Of a stretch of 64,000 nucleotides of DNA, positions 9,647 through 19,652 are shown piece by piece. The translations under genes were made by a program, and so were the position numbers. Source of the stretch: Candidatus Latescibacterota bacterium (GTDB taxonomy: Bacteria; Latescibacterota; UBA2968; GCA-2709665); the NCBI GenBank assembly GCA_965208835.1, contig OZ242358.1, positions 1,440,001 to 1,504,000 of the forward strand, written 5' to 3'. Each line of letters begins with the position of its first letter. The stretch's first letter is position 1. The notes under the pieces were generated by a model. It saw only the letters and a program-made list of their open reading frames with translations. It searched no databases and had not been told where the DNA came from.

Positions 9647-9767
9647 CGCCAGTAATCCCTTTGTCGTCCTGTTCGCTTCCAGGCGCCGTGCTCGCCGTAT
9701 CGCGCGAATTACCTTTCAGTTCGAAGAAAAACGGGGTGTCTGCCTGAACTATTCGGAATCGAGGCCG

Positions 9768-11099
9768 TTACTTCAGACGGACCGTGATCCGGGAACCGTG
9801 TTCTTCCAGAGTCGCTCTGTCGAAACGCGCCGAGAGACCATTGCCGGAAACTTCGACCGTCGTTTTGTCTGTCCTGGTAACCAGTTTGTCGTAACCGACG
9901 ACCTGAAGCCTTCGTATGCCACTCGAGGTAGGATGAGAACCTGCGGCTTCCGTCAATGCGCTGACACCATCCCCGATTGAATACATCATCTCGAATCGCC
10001 CACTGCTTCCGGCGAGTGCGATGTATCTCGTGTGGAGGACGCCGCCATCGACAATTGTCACGTTGGTGGGGTCCATCCCCGTCACTCGCAGCGGCCGTTT
10101 GACTGGCGCTATGACCGTCAGGCTGTTCGCCGTCCGGGAATCGAATGCCTCTCTCTGTCTGACTCGCCGTTCACGCAGGGTCTTTGTATCATATTCAGCG
10201 CCGGCTTCGAAATCATCGATTTCGGATTCGGTGAATTCGACGGTCGCGCTCGACCCCGCCGCATCGTCGAGAGCGCGTGCAAGATGATGATCCAGTGACT
10301 GAAAATCATCTTTCTCCAGATTACTCTTCCAGTCGGGAGCAAACGTGTCAAGCAAAACCGCGAGTGCATGTCCGATCTTGTAAGCGCGGCCCCTGACGTC
10401 ATCCGCAGGAAAGCCTTTTTCAGGCAGATCGACGTTTGTTCTTCCGACTGCACGAGCCTCCACGTATGCGGCCAAGCCTTCCAGAAGTTCCTCCCGTTTT
10501 TCGTACGAGGAGAATCCTGCATCCATCATGCTGAATCGATCTTTACGAGCCTCGAGGGCCCGGCGCGTCCAGGAAGATTTCTCCTGCCGATCGTCCGTAG
10601 CCAGCGCTCGGCGAAGCGATTCGGTCTCGATACGCCGGAGTTGCAATAACGCTCTTTCGGTCATGGGGTAAAGAAACAGCGTGCGGATGTCTGGTGCCCA
10701 TGCGGGATGATGCTGAGACTGAAAAACGTGAAACGCCTCGTGAATGGCCATCGAGGCAATATCCACGGGCGTTTGACGTGGAATCGCAGCGTCTGTCAGC
10801 AGGCTCGCAACCGGCGCACCATCAAGGTCGATTGTACTATTCCCCACCACCGCAGGATGTCTTCCATTGAACAAGAGCGCGGGATAACCACATGCGTTGA
10901 CTTCCGCAAAACCTTCCGGCACGCCGGGATAGCGAAAGAGATAGGTGTTTCTACCGTCATAGTAGGCAACGGGGACCGAAAGAGGATCAAAATTAGGCCA
11001 TAGCTCTCGTTTCGCAGCCAGGTGCGCGATCTCTCTGGACAATTCTGCCGCTCGCGACAGCTCTTCGGGTTCTGGCGCCATAAGAGATGGACGGGACAA
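9768..11099 (-). CDS. Hypothetical protein with HExxH zinc-metallopeptidase-like motif
   Basis: 443-aa ORF with AIHEAFHVFQ and downstream EGLAAYVE, a gluzincin-like third ligand. Confidence 0.65.
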   Translation of the reverse strand: MSRPSLMAPEPEELSRAAELSREIAHLAAKRELWPNFDPLSVPVAYYDGRNTYLFRYPGVPEGFAEVNACGYPALLFNGRHPAVVGNSTIDLDGAPVASLLTDAAIPRQTPVDIASMAIHEAFHVFQSQHHPAWAPDIRTLFLYPMTERALLQLRRIETESLRRALATDDRQEKSSWTRRALEARKDRFSMMDAGFSSYEKREELLEGLAAYVEARAVGRTNVDLPEKGFPADDVRGRAYKIGHALAVLLDTFAPDWKSNLEKDDFQSLDHHLARALDDAAGSSATVEFTESEIDDFEAGAEYDTKTLRERRVRQREAFDSRTANSLTVIAPVKRPLRVTGMDPTNVTIVDGGVLHTRYIALAGSSGRFEMMYSIGDGVSALTEAAGSHPTSSGIRRLQVVGYDKLVTRTDKTTVEVSGNGLSARFDRATLEEHGSRITVRLK

Positions 11100-11126
11100 T
11101 TGAATACGACCCTTCCTGAATGATGC

Positions 11127-13451
11127 TTAAATCAGATCCGAGGTCTCCACCAGTTTCCACGTATCTCCCCGGTCCGGGGACATCATCAGCGAGCGGCGGC
11201 TGTCCGGGTGGTCATTCCGGTAAAACCAGTACGTCGAAAAGTAGTCGTACGAGAGGAACAGCCGCCCGATACGGTCAATGGTGAGGCGGTGGTAGAAGAC
11301 GCTGTATTCGGAGAACGGTGGCACGACGAGGACACGGGGTTCCTGCCATGCGCCGCCCTGGGGGCGCTGCTGATGGGCGAGCGTCGCATAGTTGCCGGCC
11401 GGGAAGAAGCTTGTGCCGTTCCACCAGAGTCTGAAGGCCGAATGCAGCGTGTCTTCCGGGTCGCAAACGAAGCCGATGTAGGTCTGCCGCGCGTCCGGCC
11501 AGGCTTCCCGGGGTTCCGACCAGCCGGCGTCAGCCGTGTTCGAGCCCAGCGATCGGGCGTACGGAAAAGGGCATCCGTGGGTGCCGGACAGCGCATGCAG
11601 ATAGCCCTGCCCGTCCATGGTGATGCTGGGAGAGTTGTGGATATCGTTCGCGGGGGGTCCGTAGCCGACCAGCGCGGGCGCGCCCATCTCCCGCGTTTCC
11701 CTGTCGATTGTGGCGACGTACGTCGGCACACCGGGAACGTCTTCGTCCGGGTCGGTCGCTTCGGCCCAGATGACGTGTACCTTGCCTTCCCTCGAGACCA
11801 CCGAAGCCGGAATCCCGGAGTGCTGGGAGAGACCGATGCACCGATCGGAGACGAGAATCGGTTCGCCCAGCGACAGCCCGTGAGATGTCTTCTCGGGCAG
11901 AAAAACCTCCAGGTCATTGACTTTCCGCCAGAAAAGGCGTACATCTTCCCCGGTAAGGGAGTAGCGGAGGATGGGTGGCGGGCCGTCACTGGAATTATGG
12001 CCGGTGAACCATTCGATATCGAACGTCCGCGGACAATCCTCCCTGCCGGGGATCGCGCACGCGGAAAACGAGTGGCCCTGGTCCGCGGAATACAGCAGGT
12101 TGGGTTGACCGTTGACATTGACCACATTATATAGTAGATTCTCGCCATCGAAGGCAATCTTGGTGGACGCGGTCCCAAGCACCCCGTTCTCCATGCCCCG
12201 GACGGCATTCCGGAAGTCGGTCTCGGTCCAGCGACCGTCCCGCAATGCGCTGATCCCTCTTTCGGTACGAACGAATGGCCGGTTGTCGAGATCGAAATAG
12301 ACCTGGTTCTCTACCGGACAGTCGGGCACGAAACCGAATTGTGCGTTCTCATGTTCGTAGGGCTTAAGAACCAGGGGCAGGCGGATGGGTTGTCGAACAG
12401 GCGAACTTCCGGTCCTGAGCGTTAACGTGGAATACGTGGATACTTCGGGGTAGGTTTCGGACGTGGCCCTCAGCCGGCACGTAAAGGGTTCATCTTCGCC
12501 TGTGGAATCGGGCATCTGGTAATGGGCAGTGACGTGCGCGCGCTCCATCGCGCCAAGATTGACGGTGTCCGCGGAGAGTTTCACGGGAAGGGCGGCCGCC
12601 CCATCGCATTCGGGCGTCAGACGCACGGTCTGCGGGCTGTTGGAACTGTTCCTCACCTGGAAGTCGATCGCACCGGACGCTCCTGGGCGGACGTTCAGGT
12701 TTCGGTTGTAGGGTGTGAGCAACCAGCGACAGGCGTGGAGGGGGAAGAAAGTCTCCAGGTGCGGGGTCCAGTAGGACATATTCGCGTGCGGGTCGTCGTC
12801 TGTCCAGCGCGTGCCGCCGTCGATGTGTATAACGGCTTGCTGGGCGGGCAGGTGGAGGCGCCAGGGCGTGGGACGGTGAGCGCGTGCCGGGAACGTATGC
12901 GTGACGCGTCCGCTCCGAACCCTAAGGGTATCTACGGTGCTGCCGGAAGCATCGAATACGGACAGCGCTTTCACAGAACGGGGCAGGTCTTCGATCTCCA
13001 CGGCGAACGCATCGCGGGGAGGAAGAAAGCAGACGTCGCCGGAATGCTCCGGCGCGAGCAGGACGATGGGTTCCTCGTGTCTGGCGTCCTTGTGCCCTCG
13101 GGAAGTCTCGATGAGGTAATGCCTGCAGTTGGTGCGGAAAGCCCAGACGATTTCCTCGCCGTACCTGTCATTGGAAATCGTGATGTTGAGCTTGTAGATA
13201 CCTTTGTGGTTGACAAGCGTCGACAACCGTGTATGTTGAAGTGGACCGATGCCATTGCATGGGCCGGTGTCGGGGAGCGTCACCTCCTGTACGACCTTTC
13301 GGTCGGGCGTTACCAACAGCGCGCGCAGGTCCGTGCGGCGGTTGTGGACGTTGCGGTCGCGTTTCTGCAGGTCAATGGCAAGCTCGCCGGGTGTGGCCAG
13401 AAAATACGCGCCTCCGGTGCCGCCTGTACCCCATCGAATCGTCGAATCCAT
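11127..13451 (-). CDS. BNR/Asp-box repeat (BNR-4-like) beta-propeller protein
   Basis: Asp-boxes YSADQGHSF and SPDRGDTW; DIHNSPSITMDGQGYLH; YSVFYHRLTIDR. Confidence 0.75.
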   Translation of the reverse strand: MDSTIRWGTGGTGGAYFLATPGELAIDLQKRDRNVHNRRTDLRALLVTPDRKVVQEVTLPDTGPCNGIGPLQHTRLSTLVNHKGIYKLNITISNDRYGEEIVWAFRTNCRHYLIETSRGHKDARHEEPIVLLAPEHSGDVCFLPPRDAFAVEIEDLPRSVKALSVFDASGSTVDTLRVRSGRVTHTFPARAHRPTPWRLHLPAQQAVIHIDGGTRWTDDDPHANMSYWTPHLETFFPLHACRWLLTPYNRNLNVRPGASGAIDFQVRNSSNSPQTVRLTPECDGAAALPVKLSADTVNLGAMERAHVTAHYQMPDSTGEDEPFTCRLRATSETYPEVSTYSTLTLRTGSSPVRQPIRLPLVLKPYEHENAQFGFVPDCPVENQVYFDLDNRPFVRTERGISALRDGRWTETDFRNAVRGMENGVLGTASTKIAFDGENLLYNVVNVNGQPNLLYSADQGHSFSACAIPGREDCPRTFDIEWFTGHNSSDGPPPILRYSLTGEDVRLFWRKVNDLEVFLPEKTSHGLSLGEPILVSDRCIGLSQHSGIPASVVSREGKVHVIWAEATDPDEDVPGVPTYVATIDRETREMGAPALVGYGPPANDIHNSPSITMDGQGYLHALSGTHGCPFPYARSLGSNTADAGWSEPREAWPDARQTYIGFVCDPEDTLHSAFRLWWNGTSFFPAGNYATLAHQQRPQGGAWQEPRVLVVPPFSEYSVFYHRLTIDRIGRLFLSYDYFSTYWFYRNDHPDSRRSLMMSPDRGDTWKLVETSDLI

Positions 13452-13804
13452 GGTCGTCGCCTCCGGTTTGCTGTCGATGTCCAGTACGTGTACAAGTATA
13501 AGGTTGGGTGGCGCTAATTAAAACGAAAATAAGCCGGGGGCGGGGTCTGCGGAACTGCTTTTCTTCGGGTCGCGTCCGGTGCGTTTCGCCTTGGTACCGC
13601 GAGACACGAAGCTGGAATTTTGGAACGAAGACGCGAATTATGAAGTCGAAAGGCTAATGAAGAGACCATGCCTCGACGTCGTTTCGACTTGGGGGTTATG
13701 TATTCACAACCTTCACGTAACCGGCCCGTAACATTGAGGACATACATTATAAAGTTGATGGTTTATTGTCGCGGTTTGTTTCATATACCGTGAGGGGGGG
13801 CAAG

Positions 13805-14575
13805 ATGAAGTTCGTGCTGCATCGGTTTGAAGGATCCATCCTGTCGACTCTGGCCGCCCAGCGGGATAAACGCAAGCGTTTTCAGCTGCTTCTTGCGGAT
13901 CAGCGGACCGGCGTCCAGGTGGAAAAACGGGACAAGGACCCGGAGGCGGACCTGAAGCGGCGGTACGGACAGGTTCTCGGCCTTTCCTTCGCGCTTTCCG
14001 TCGCGTTGCATGCCGGAATCGCCGTTCTGTATCCAACCCTGGATATTCAGGCCACAACTTCGAAAGCGGAACAGATTATCATTCATGTCGAGGACCTTCC
14101 CGAGACCCGGCAGATCACACGTCCGCCACCGCCGCCCCGTCCGGCCATTCCCATCGAAACCGAAGACGAGAACATCCCGGACGACATGACGATCGAGACC
14201 ACCGATCTCGAACTGGAAGACGTGCCGCTGGATCTGCCGCCGCCTCCGACGGCAGAAAGCGAAGCCGTTCTTATCGAAGAGGAGGAAATCCTGGAGGTGT
14301 GGAAGGTGGAGCAGAAGCCGAGGTTGATCAGGCGGGCGCTTCCGGTGTATCCCCAGTTTGCGCTTCGGGCCGGCCTGCAAGGATCCGTGATGCTGAAAGT
14401 GCTTCTTGGCCGGCACGGCAAGGCGGAACAGATCCAGGTGTTGAAGGGCGAGGAGATCTTCCGGGCATCGGCCAAAGATGCCGTGAGCAAGTTTCTGTTC
14501 GAGCCGGCCCGTCAAAGTGACCGGCCCGTTAAAGTGTGGCTGGTGATCCCGATCCATTTCAAGCTGCAGGACTGA
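13805..14575 (+). CDS. tonB: TonB energy transducer
   Basis: TM helix with S..LH motif, Pro-rich linker, C-terminal YPQFALRAGLQGSV...F.PARQ...VKV..VIPIHF. Confidence 0.8.
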   Translation: MKFVLHRFEGSILSTLAAQRDKRKRFQLLLADQRTGVQVEKRDKDPEADLKRRYGQVLGLSFALSVALHAGIAVLYPTLDIQATTSKAEQIIIHVEDLPETRQITRPPPPPRPAIPIETEDENIPDDMTIETTDLELEDVPLDLPPPPTAESEAVLIEEEEILEVWKVEQKPRLIRRALPVYPQFALRAGLQGSVMLKVLLGRHGKAEQIQVLKGEEIFRASAKDAVSKFLFEPARQSDRPVKVWLVIPIHFKLQD

Positions 14576-14712
14576 GTCTGCGCGAAATCCGAATCATTGC
14601 AATATGGCGGAAAATCCGTTACATTCATTTAATTGAGTGTGGCATCCCGAGACGGTGTTTCAGTCATTCGTGGACGGCCAGGACCTGAAATTCACAATTG
14701 CAAACGTAACCC

Positions 14713-15849
14713 ATGGGGTCAGCCTTGTTTACCAAGATTCGCAGTCTGTTCGTTTTCTCGCTCGTCGCTGCCGTGAGCTGGGGCTGCGCTGCAGATGGTC
14801 TGCCCGAAAAGATCGAGATCGGCGTCGCACTCCCGCTGACCGGTCCGCAGATCTTATACGGCGCGCCGGCGTGGGAAGGCATCCAGTTCGCCCTTGAAGA
14901 AATCAACGGTTCATCTATACTCGGGGGCTCGAGCATCGAGTTCATCAGGGAGGATTCCCGAGGCACGGTTGATGCCGCCACGAAAGCGTTCAATAAACTC
15001 ATCAAAGAGGACGGTGTGTCCGTCATCCTGGGTCCCGGTATCTCCACCGTGGCGAAGGAAGTGTTTCCGATCGCTCAACAGAGCGGGGTTCTGGCCTTAA
15101 GTCCGACGTCGACCGCCGTCGGCCTGAGCGCGATCGGCGACTATATCTTCCGCACAGGTCTCAACGTTGGCACGCTCGCTCCAGGCGCCGTCAAGGGTAC
15201 TAAGGAGAAACTGAGGTATCGAAGCGTGGCGATTATGGTCGATTCGACCGACGTGTATTCCCTCAGCCTGGACGAGGAATTGCGCAACGCCCTGGCCGAG
15301 AACGATGTCCGGATTCTGACACGGGAGACTTTTGCAACGGGCGACACCTCGTTTGACGACCAGCTGAGCAGAATAATGGCTTTGAAGCCACATGCCGTGT
15401 TTGTCTCGTGTCTGGCGGCGGAGATGATTCAAGTACTGGTCAACGCCCGTGAGGCTGGCATCCCTTCAACGATTCCTGTGATCATACCTGAACTGTCCCT
15501 GGCCGAAGTCAAGAAAGCGGGCGACGCCGCCGAAGGCGCGATTTCCGTATTGAGTTGGGCAAGCAACGCTTCCACTCCCGGGAACCAGGCCTTCGTCGAA
15601 AATTACATCGCCAGGTACGGCTATGAACCGCATCCATGGGGCGCGATTTCTTACGTCTCGCTGCTTGTTCTCGCCGAAGCAATAGCGGAAACCGGATCGA
15701 TGAACGCGAGTGCGATCAAACGCGCGATGATCAATACCCGGGAGGTCGATACGATTCTGGGGCGTTTCTCGTTCAATCCCGATGGCGACGCGGTTTACAA
15801 TCCCATTGTGCTGAAGGTGCGGAACGGTGCCTTTGAAGTCTTCAAGTAA
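14713..15849 (+). CDS. Branched-chain amino acid-type ABC transporter substrate-binding lipoprotein
   Basis: Lipobox-like SWGC, IGVALPLTG, EINGS, YIFRT, GRFSFNPDGD. Confidence 0.85.
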   Translation: MGSALFTKIRSLFVFSLVAAVSWGCAADGLPEKIEIGVALPLTGPQILYGAPAWEGIQFALEEINGSSILGGSSIEFIREDSRGTVDAATKAFNKLIKEDGVSVILGPGISTVAKEVFPIAQQSGVLALSPTSTAVGLSAIGDYIFRTGLNVGTLAPGAVKGTKEKLRYRSVAIMVDSTDVYSLSLDEELRNALAENDVRILTRETFATGDTSFDDQLSRIMALKPHAVFVSCLAAEMIQVLVNAREAGIPSTIPVIIPELSLAEVKKAGDAAEGAISVLSWASNASTPGNQAFVENYIARYGYEPHPWGAISYVSLLVLAEAIAETGSMNASAIKRAMINTREVDTILGRFSFNPDGDAVYNPIVLKVRNGAFEVFK

Positions 15850-15871
15850 GCCAATCTATGGCCCCGGCTGA

Positions 15872-16057
15872 GAAGCTGTCTTAAAATTCCCAGCGGTCTT
15901 CGCACGGCTGCAAAAGCGCCGGTCGGCGTTGGTCAAACCCACCCATCTTACGAGATCGAGGCTGCGCTTGCTCGCCTCTCATAGCCGGATTTTCCCGCCT
16001 TGACCGCCGCATTTTCGCTCGCGCTCGGGAACTCACCGGTAATTTTAAAACAGCTTC
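15872..16057. mobile_element. 186-bp non-autonomous MITE with IS5-family-like ends
   Basis: Terminal IRs GAAGCTGTCTTAAAATT and AATTTTAAAACAGCTTC (16/17 match). TGA on both flanks (15869-15871, 16058-16060). Confidence 0.75.
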
Positions 16058-16131
16058 TGAGATCTTGGGCACTCAGGTCCTTTTTTCCGGATATCCTTAA
16101 AAACCCGCTTAATTTGAGACTCGTACATGCG

Positions 16132-16160
16132 AAGGGCCCCGGTATATCCGGGGCCCTTTT
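16132..16160. terminator. Intrinsic terminator-like hairpin between convergent genes
   Basis: Perfect 11-bp stem AAGGGCCCCGG-TATAT-CCGGGGCCCTT followed by Ts. Confidence 0.6.
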
Positions 16161-16256
16161 CGTGACGCCTCCCTGGACCGGGGCATCTTGCCCACGCTGC
16201 GCCACTTCCGGTCCTGCCACATTACGGCGCTGACGTCAATTGATTGGGTCTTTGAT

Positions 16257-17354
16257 TCAAGCTGACTGCTTACAGCTGATAGCCGACAGCTTGTTTTCCA
16301 GAAACGCGTACCCGATTTCGCGGTGCGCGCCGGCGAAGCCGTGGCCTTCTTCGTGCAGGACCTGGCGGAAGCTTTCCCTGGCGCCATATAGCGAAAAGAC
16401 GCGCGTGACGGATTCACCCATGCGTTCCAGAACCGGGCGCGTGAGACGGGTTTCCTCCAGGCTGTACTGAAAGTCGTTGAGCGCCGTGATGTGCATGATG
16501 GCGCGGGGCGCGGCCAGGGCCAGGTATTCGTGGAGTTCGATCGGGAAAGGTTTGCCGGTCTGACAGTACGGCCTCAGTAAGGGGCGCCCCACCCACCAGC
16601 CGGTGCGCGCACTGTTGAACGGGTTTTTGGAAAACCGGGCGGGCCAGTCGCCGCAACTTGCCACGCCGGCAGAGATGCGCGGTTCAAGCGCCATCGCATG
16701 AATGGTGATCCCGCCCCCCTGCGAATGGCCGATGGATCCGATGCGTCCATCGTCCGCCTCGGGAATGGTTTCGAGCAGATCGACCGCGCGGCTGAGGTCC
16801 CACAGGTCCTTGCCGCGGACGGACCATTCGGGGAATTTTTCATAGAAGGGCGCGGTGTCGAAGTCGCGCAGCCCCTCGTACTTCCGTTCGTTGGCGCTTA
16901 ACAGGTCGTACGCCAGCGTGACGAAGCCACGACGGACCAGATGAAGCGCGTACGCGCGGTCCCGGCCCTTCTCGGACGGATCGTTGCCGATAACCTGCTC
17001 TCTCCCGTACGGCGTGGTGGGGTGGATGCAGAGTACGGCCGGCGCTGTACCGTTGAGTCCCGCGGGGATGAGCGCGTCGGCGACAATCCGTTCATCCGGC
17101 GCCACGTTGTACGCGATGCTTCGCTTGACGTGGTCGCCGTGATCGGTCTCCGAGACGATCTCAGCGTCCAGCGGAGGGACTTCCGTGGGACCTCGACCCA
17201 GGGTCTGACGGAAGATGGCCCGAAGCGCCTCCGCCTTCGTTTCCCATTCTTCCACGGTGTCGATTCTACCGATATGCGACGCCCCGCCGCCCATCGTGAG
17301 GCCGTCTCCGCCTCTTCGGATTTCCAGCAGATCGTCGAATGAGATGTCGGTCAT
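16257..17354 (-). CDS. Alpha/beta hydrolase (dienelactone hydrolase / Abhydrolase_7-like)
   Basis: GHSQGG nucleophile elbow, ALAAPR, HEEGHGF. Start MTDISF at 17354 follows GGAG; the upstream extension runs through a repeat. Confidence 0.85.
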   Translation of the reverse strand: MTDISFDDLLEIRRGGDGLTMGGGASHIGRIDTVEEWETKAEALRAIFRQTLGRGPTEVPPLDAEIVSETDHGDHVKRSIAYNVAPDERIVADALIPAGLNGTAPAVLCIHPTTPYGREQVIGNDPSEKGRDRAYALHLVRRGFVTLAYDLLSANERKYEGLRDFDTAPFYEKFPEWSVRGKDLWDLSRAVDLLETIPEADDGRIGSIGHSQGGGITIHAMALEPRISAGVASCGDWPARFSKNPFNSARTGWWVGRPLLRPYCQTGKPFPIELHEYLALAAPRAIMHITALNDFQYSLEETRLTRPVLERMGESVTRVFSLYGARESFRQVLHEEGHGFAGAHREIGYAFLENKLSAISCKQSA

Positions 17355-17519
17355 GTTTGTCTCCGTTTGCGTGAGCATGCGCGATGGGGAATTATGCAAC
17401 ATGGTTGAACAGGATAGACAGGATGAAAGGTACCCGGCGGGTGTATGCCTGCGCATCGTTGCCTGCAATATAAACAATCGACTGTCAGGCAAAAAGCAGC
17501 TATCAGTCGTCAGCCAGAA

Positions 17520-17650
17520 GCGGGTAGACGTAAGCCGGTAGACGGTAGAGATTACCTGCCTTGTGAGATGTATTTTCATGCCGGAGGCAAGTAGGAATGA
17601 AATATCGGGCAAGGATCTCTTCTGCCTTCGTCCCTCTACCCTCTCACCGC
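17520..17650 (+). repeat. Family A hairpin repeat, copy 1
   Basis: Heptamer arms (GTAGACG-like), AGAGATTACCTGCCTTGTGAG, TGCC-GGA-GGCA, CGGGCAAGGAT and complementary CTCTACC arms. Confidence 0.85.
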
Positions 17651-17799
17651 CTCTTGGCGACCTCTCTCCCCGGCCCTCTCTCCTAAAGGAATGAGTGAGA
17701 AAGGCTGGATGTAATCTTGACGGTCTGTTATATATACTATGATTGATTGGAGATTGCCATCCCGCCACGGTTGCAAGCCCCATACATCATCCCATCACC

Positions 17800-18074
17800 A
17801 TTCCCCCTTCCGTTAGGTACGGAGGTTAGGCGGTAGGTCCCGCGGTCGCGGGGGATCCAGATTCGGATCGCGTCCGCGCTGTCGTGGCGGAACCGACGCG
17901 CGAGGATGCACAACCGATGCCTCCATCTCAATGAAACCATGGGGGCGGGTACTGGCCTGGCGGCAAACGAAGCCACCACGGCAAGCTCAGGGAGCGGCTC
18001 ATGTGGCGGGTGTCGGTTTCTGTACCCGTATAGCGGTAGCCGGGCGAATGAGATGGTGAACGGAAGGAGGTAGG
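17800..18074 (+). promoter_or_regulatory. Putative structured 5' leader of the ABC-F gene
   Basis: CCTTCCGTT (17806-17814) is complementary to AACGGAAGG (18059-18067), which overlaps SD AGGAGG. Nested pair CCATCTCA/TGAGATGG. Confidence 0.4.
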
Positions 18075-19634
18075 TTGGTGCTGCAGGTGAACGATCTACG
18101 CGTTTCCTACGGCGCTGTAACCGTGCTGGACGGTATTTCATTCAGCCTGCACGGCGGCGAGGCGGTTGCGGTGGTGGGCGCAAACGGAAGCGGCAAGACC
18201 ACGCTGATGAAATGCCTTGTCGGTGAAATCACGGATTACGCAGGCGGGGTCGCCCTGGACAGGTTCGTTACGTCAGTCTGCATGCCCCAGGAGAGCCCCG
18301 TGGACTTCGACGGTTCTGCGATGGAGCGCGCGCTTTCGTTCGACGCGGAGCTGGTGCGGGTATACAGGGGGATTCAGGCCGGACGCCACGAATTCTATCA
18401 GGACTACTACGAGTCGGGCGGATTCGTGCAGGAAGACAGAATTCGGGCCTATGCCGCGAATTTCGGCGTGGAACTCGAGCAGCGTTACAGGAGTATGTCA
18501 CGCGGGCAGCAGCGGAAAGTCGACATCGCCGGGGTGCTGGCCATGGACGCGGACCTGATGTTGTTCGACGAACCGCTGAACTATCTGGACATCAGGGGCA
18601 TTACGGCGTTCGAGGAGGCCATCGGTTTCGCAAAACGCCGTGGAAGGGCCGTATTGATCGTGAGTCACGACAGGGAGCTGATCGACAACGTCGCCGATCG
18701 GACAATTCACCTGGAACGGGGAAGCATGTTCTCGGTCCAGGGCGGCTATTCCACTGCGCTGGAACACAAGGAGCGGGACTTTCACGACCGGTTGGAACGA
18801 GCCAGGGCGCTCGGGAAGAAGATCTCCAGCCTCCAGGAGGCCATGCGCCGGCGCATGGCATGGGGGGAGAGCCGTGAGAACGAGACCAGGGATTCGTCGA
18901 GCCGTCGTCTGGCCGCGAAGGTGACGAAGGGCGGGAAGGTGATGGAACGTCGCCTGGAGCGACACAGAGCCGCATTGGAGGAGGAGAAGCCCTGGATCGA
19001 AAAGAAGATCAGGTTGAATTTCCCGCCCTACGAGGTGGACCGGCGGCTCGTGGCGAGGATGGAGTCGGTGGGCAAGCGGTTGGGCGGCAACCCGGTGCTC
19101 GAGGCGCTGGATCTTGTGGTGGAGACCAGAGACCGGATCGCACTGTTGGGGCCTAACGGGGCCGGAAAGACAACGCTTCTGAATGTGATGACGGGGAAGC
19201 TGCCGCCCGATTCCGGCGCAGTCTACTTCAATTCAAATGTGAGGGTCGGGTATCTGACGCAGGGTCTGGCCGGATTTTACGACCGGGAGATTTTCCTCGA
19301 CAATTTCGTTGATGACGACTACAGGGAAAGCGAGGTGCGTCAGTACCTCGGCGCGGCCAGACTGAAGGCCGAAAAGGTGGTCCGGCCGGTCCGAACGCTG
19401 AGTTACGGCGAGCGGATGCGCGGCGCCATCGTGAAGATGATCCTGAAACAGATGGAGTTTCTGGTGCTGGACGAGCCTACGACCCACCTGGACATCGAGT
19501 CCGTGGAGGTGCTGGAGGGTCTGCTGGAGTCGTTTCCCGGAGGCTTTGCGGTTGTCAGCCATGACCGGCGATTGATTACCCGCGTCGCGGATGAGATTTT
19601 TAGTTTAGAGGAAGGTCGCATGGAAAGGTTGTAG
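18075..19634 (+). CDS. ABC-F family ATPase (ribosome-associated, ARE-like)
   Basis: Two ABC domains (GANGSGKT, DEPLNYLD, VSHDR; GPNGAGKT, LSYGE, DEPTTHLD), a long helical linker and no TM segment. Confidence 0.9.
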   Translation: MVLQVNDLRVSYGAVTVLDGISFSLHGGEAVAVVGANGSGKTTLMKCLVGEITDYAGGVALDRFVTSVCMPQESPVDFDGSAMERALSFDAELVRVYRGIQAGRHEFYQDYYESGGFVQEDRIRAYAANFGVELEQRYRSMSRGQQRKVDIAGVLAMDADLMLFDEPLNYLDIRGITAFEEAIGFAKRRGRAVLIVSHDRELIDNVADRTIHLERGSMFSVQGGYSTALEHKERDFHDRLERARALGKKISSLQEAMRRRMAWGESRENETRDSSSRRLAAKVTKGGKVMERRLERHRAALEEEKPWIEKKIRLNFPPYEVDRRLVARMESVGKRLGGNPVLEALDLVVETRDRIALLGPNGAGKTTLLNVMTGKLPPDSGAVYFNSNVRVGYLTQGLAGFYDREIFLDNFVDDDYRESEVRQYLGAARLKAEKVVRPVRTLSYGERMRGAIVKMILKQMEFLVLDEPTTHLDIESVEVLEGLLESFPGGFAVVSHDRRLITRVADEIFSLEEGRMERL

Positions 19635-19652
19635 AGGTTGGTGTGCAGACAC

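Noticed and set aside
16195-16225. Minus-strand CAGGACCGGAAGTGGCGCAGC resembling SRP RNA helix 8
   Set aside because: The stem around GGAA and the AGCAG motif do not match, and no enclosing long helix was found.
17355-17783. Upstream extension of the alpha/beta hydrolase ORF
   Set aside because: It is a translation of a family A repeat and intergenic DNA; a good RBS and ATG exist at 17354.
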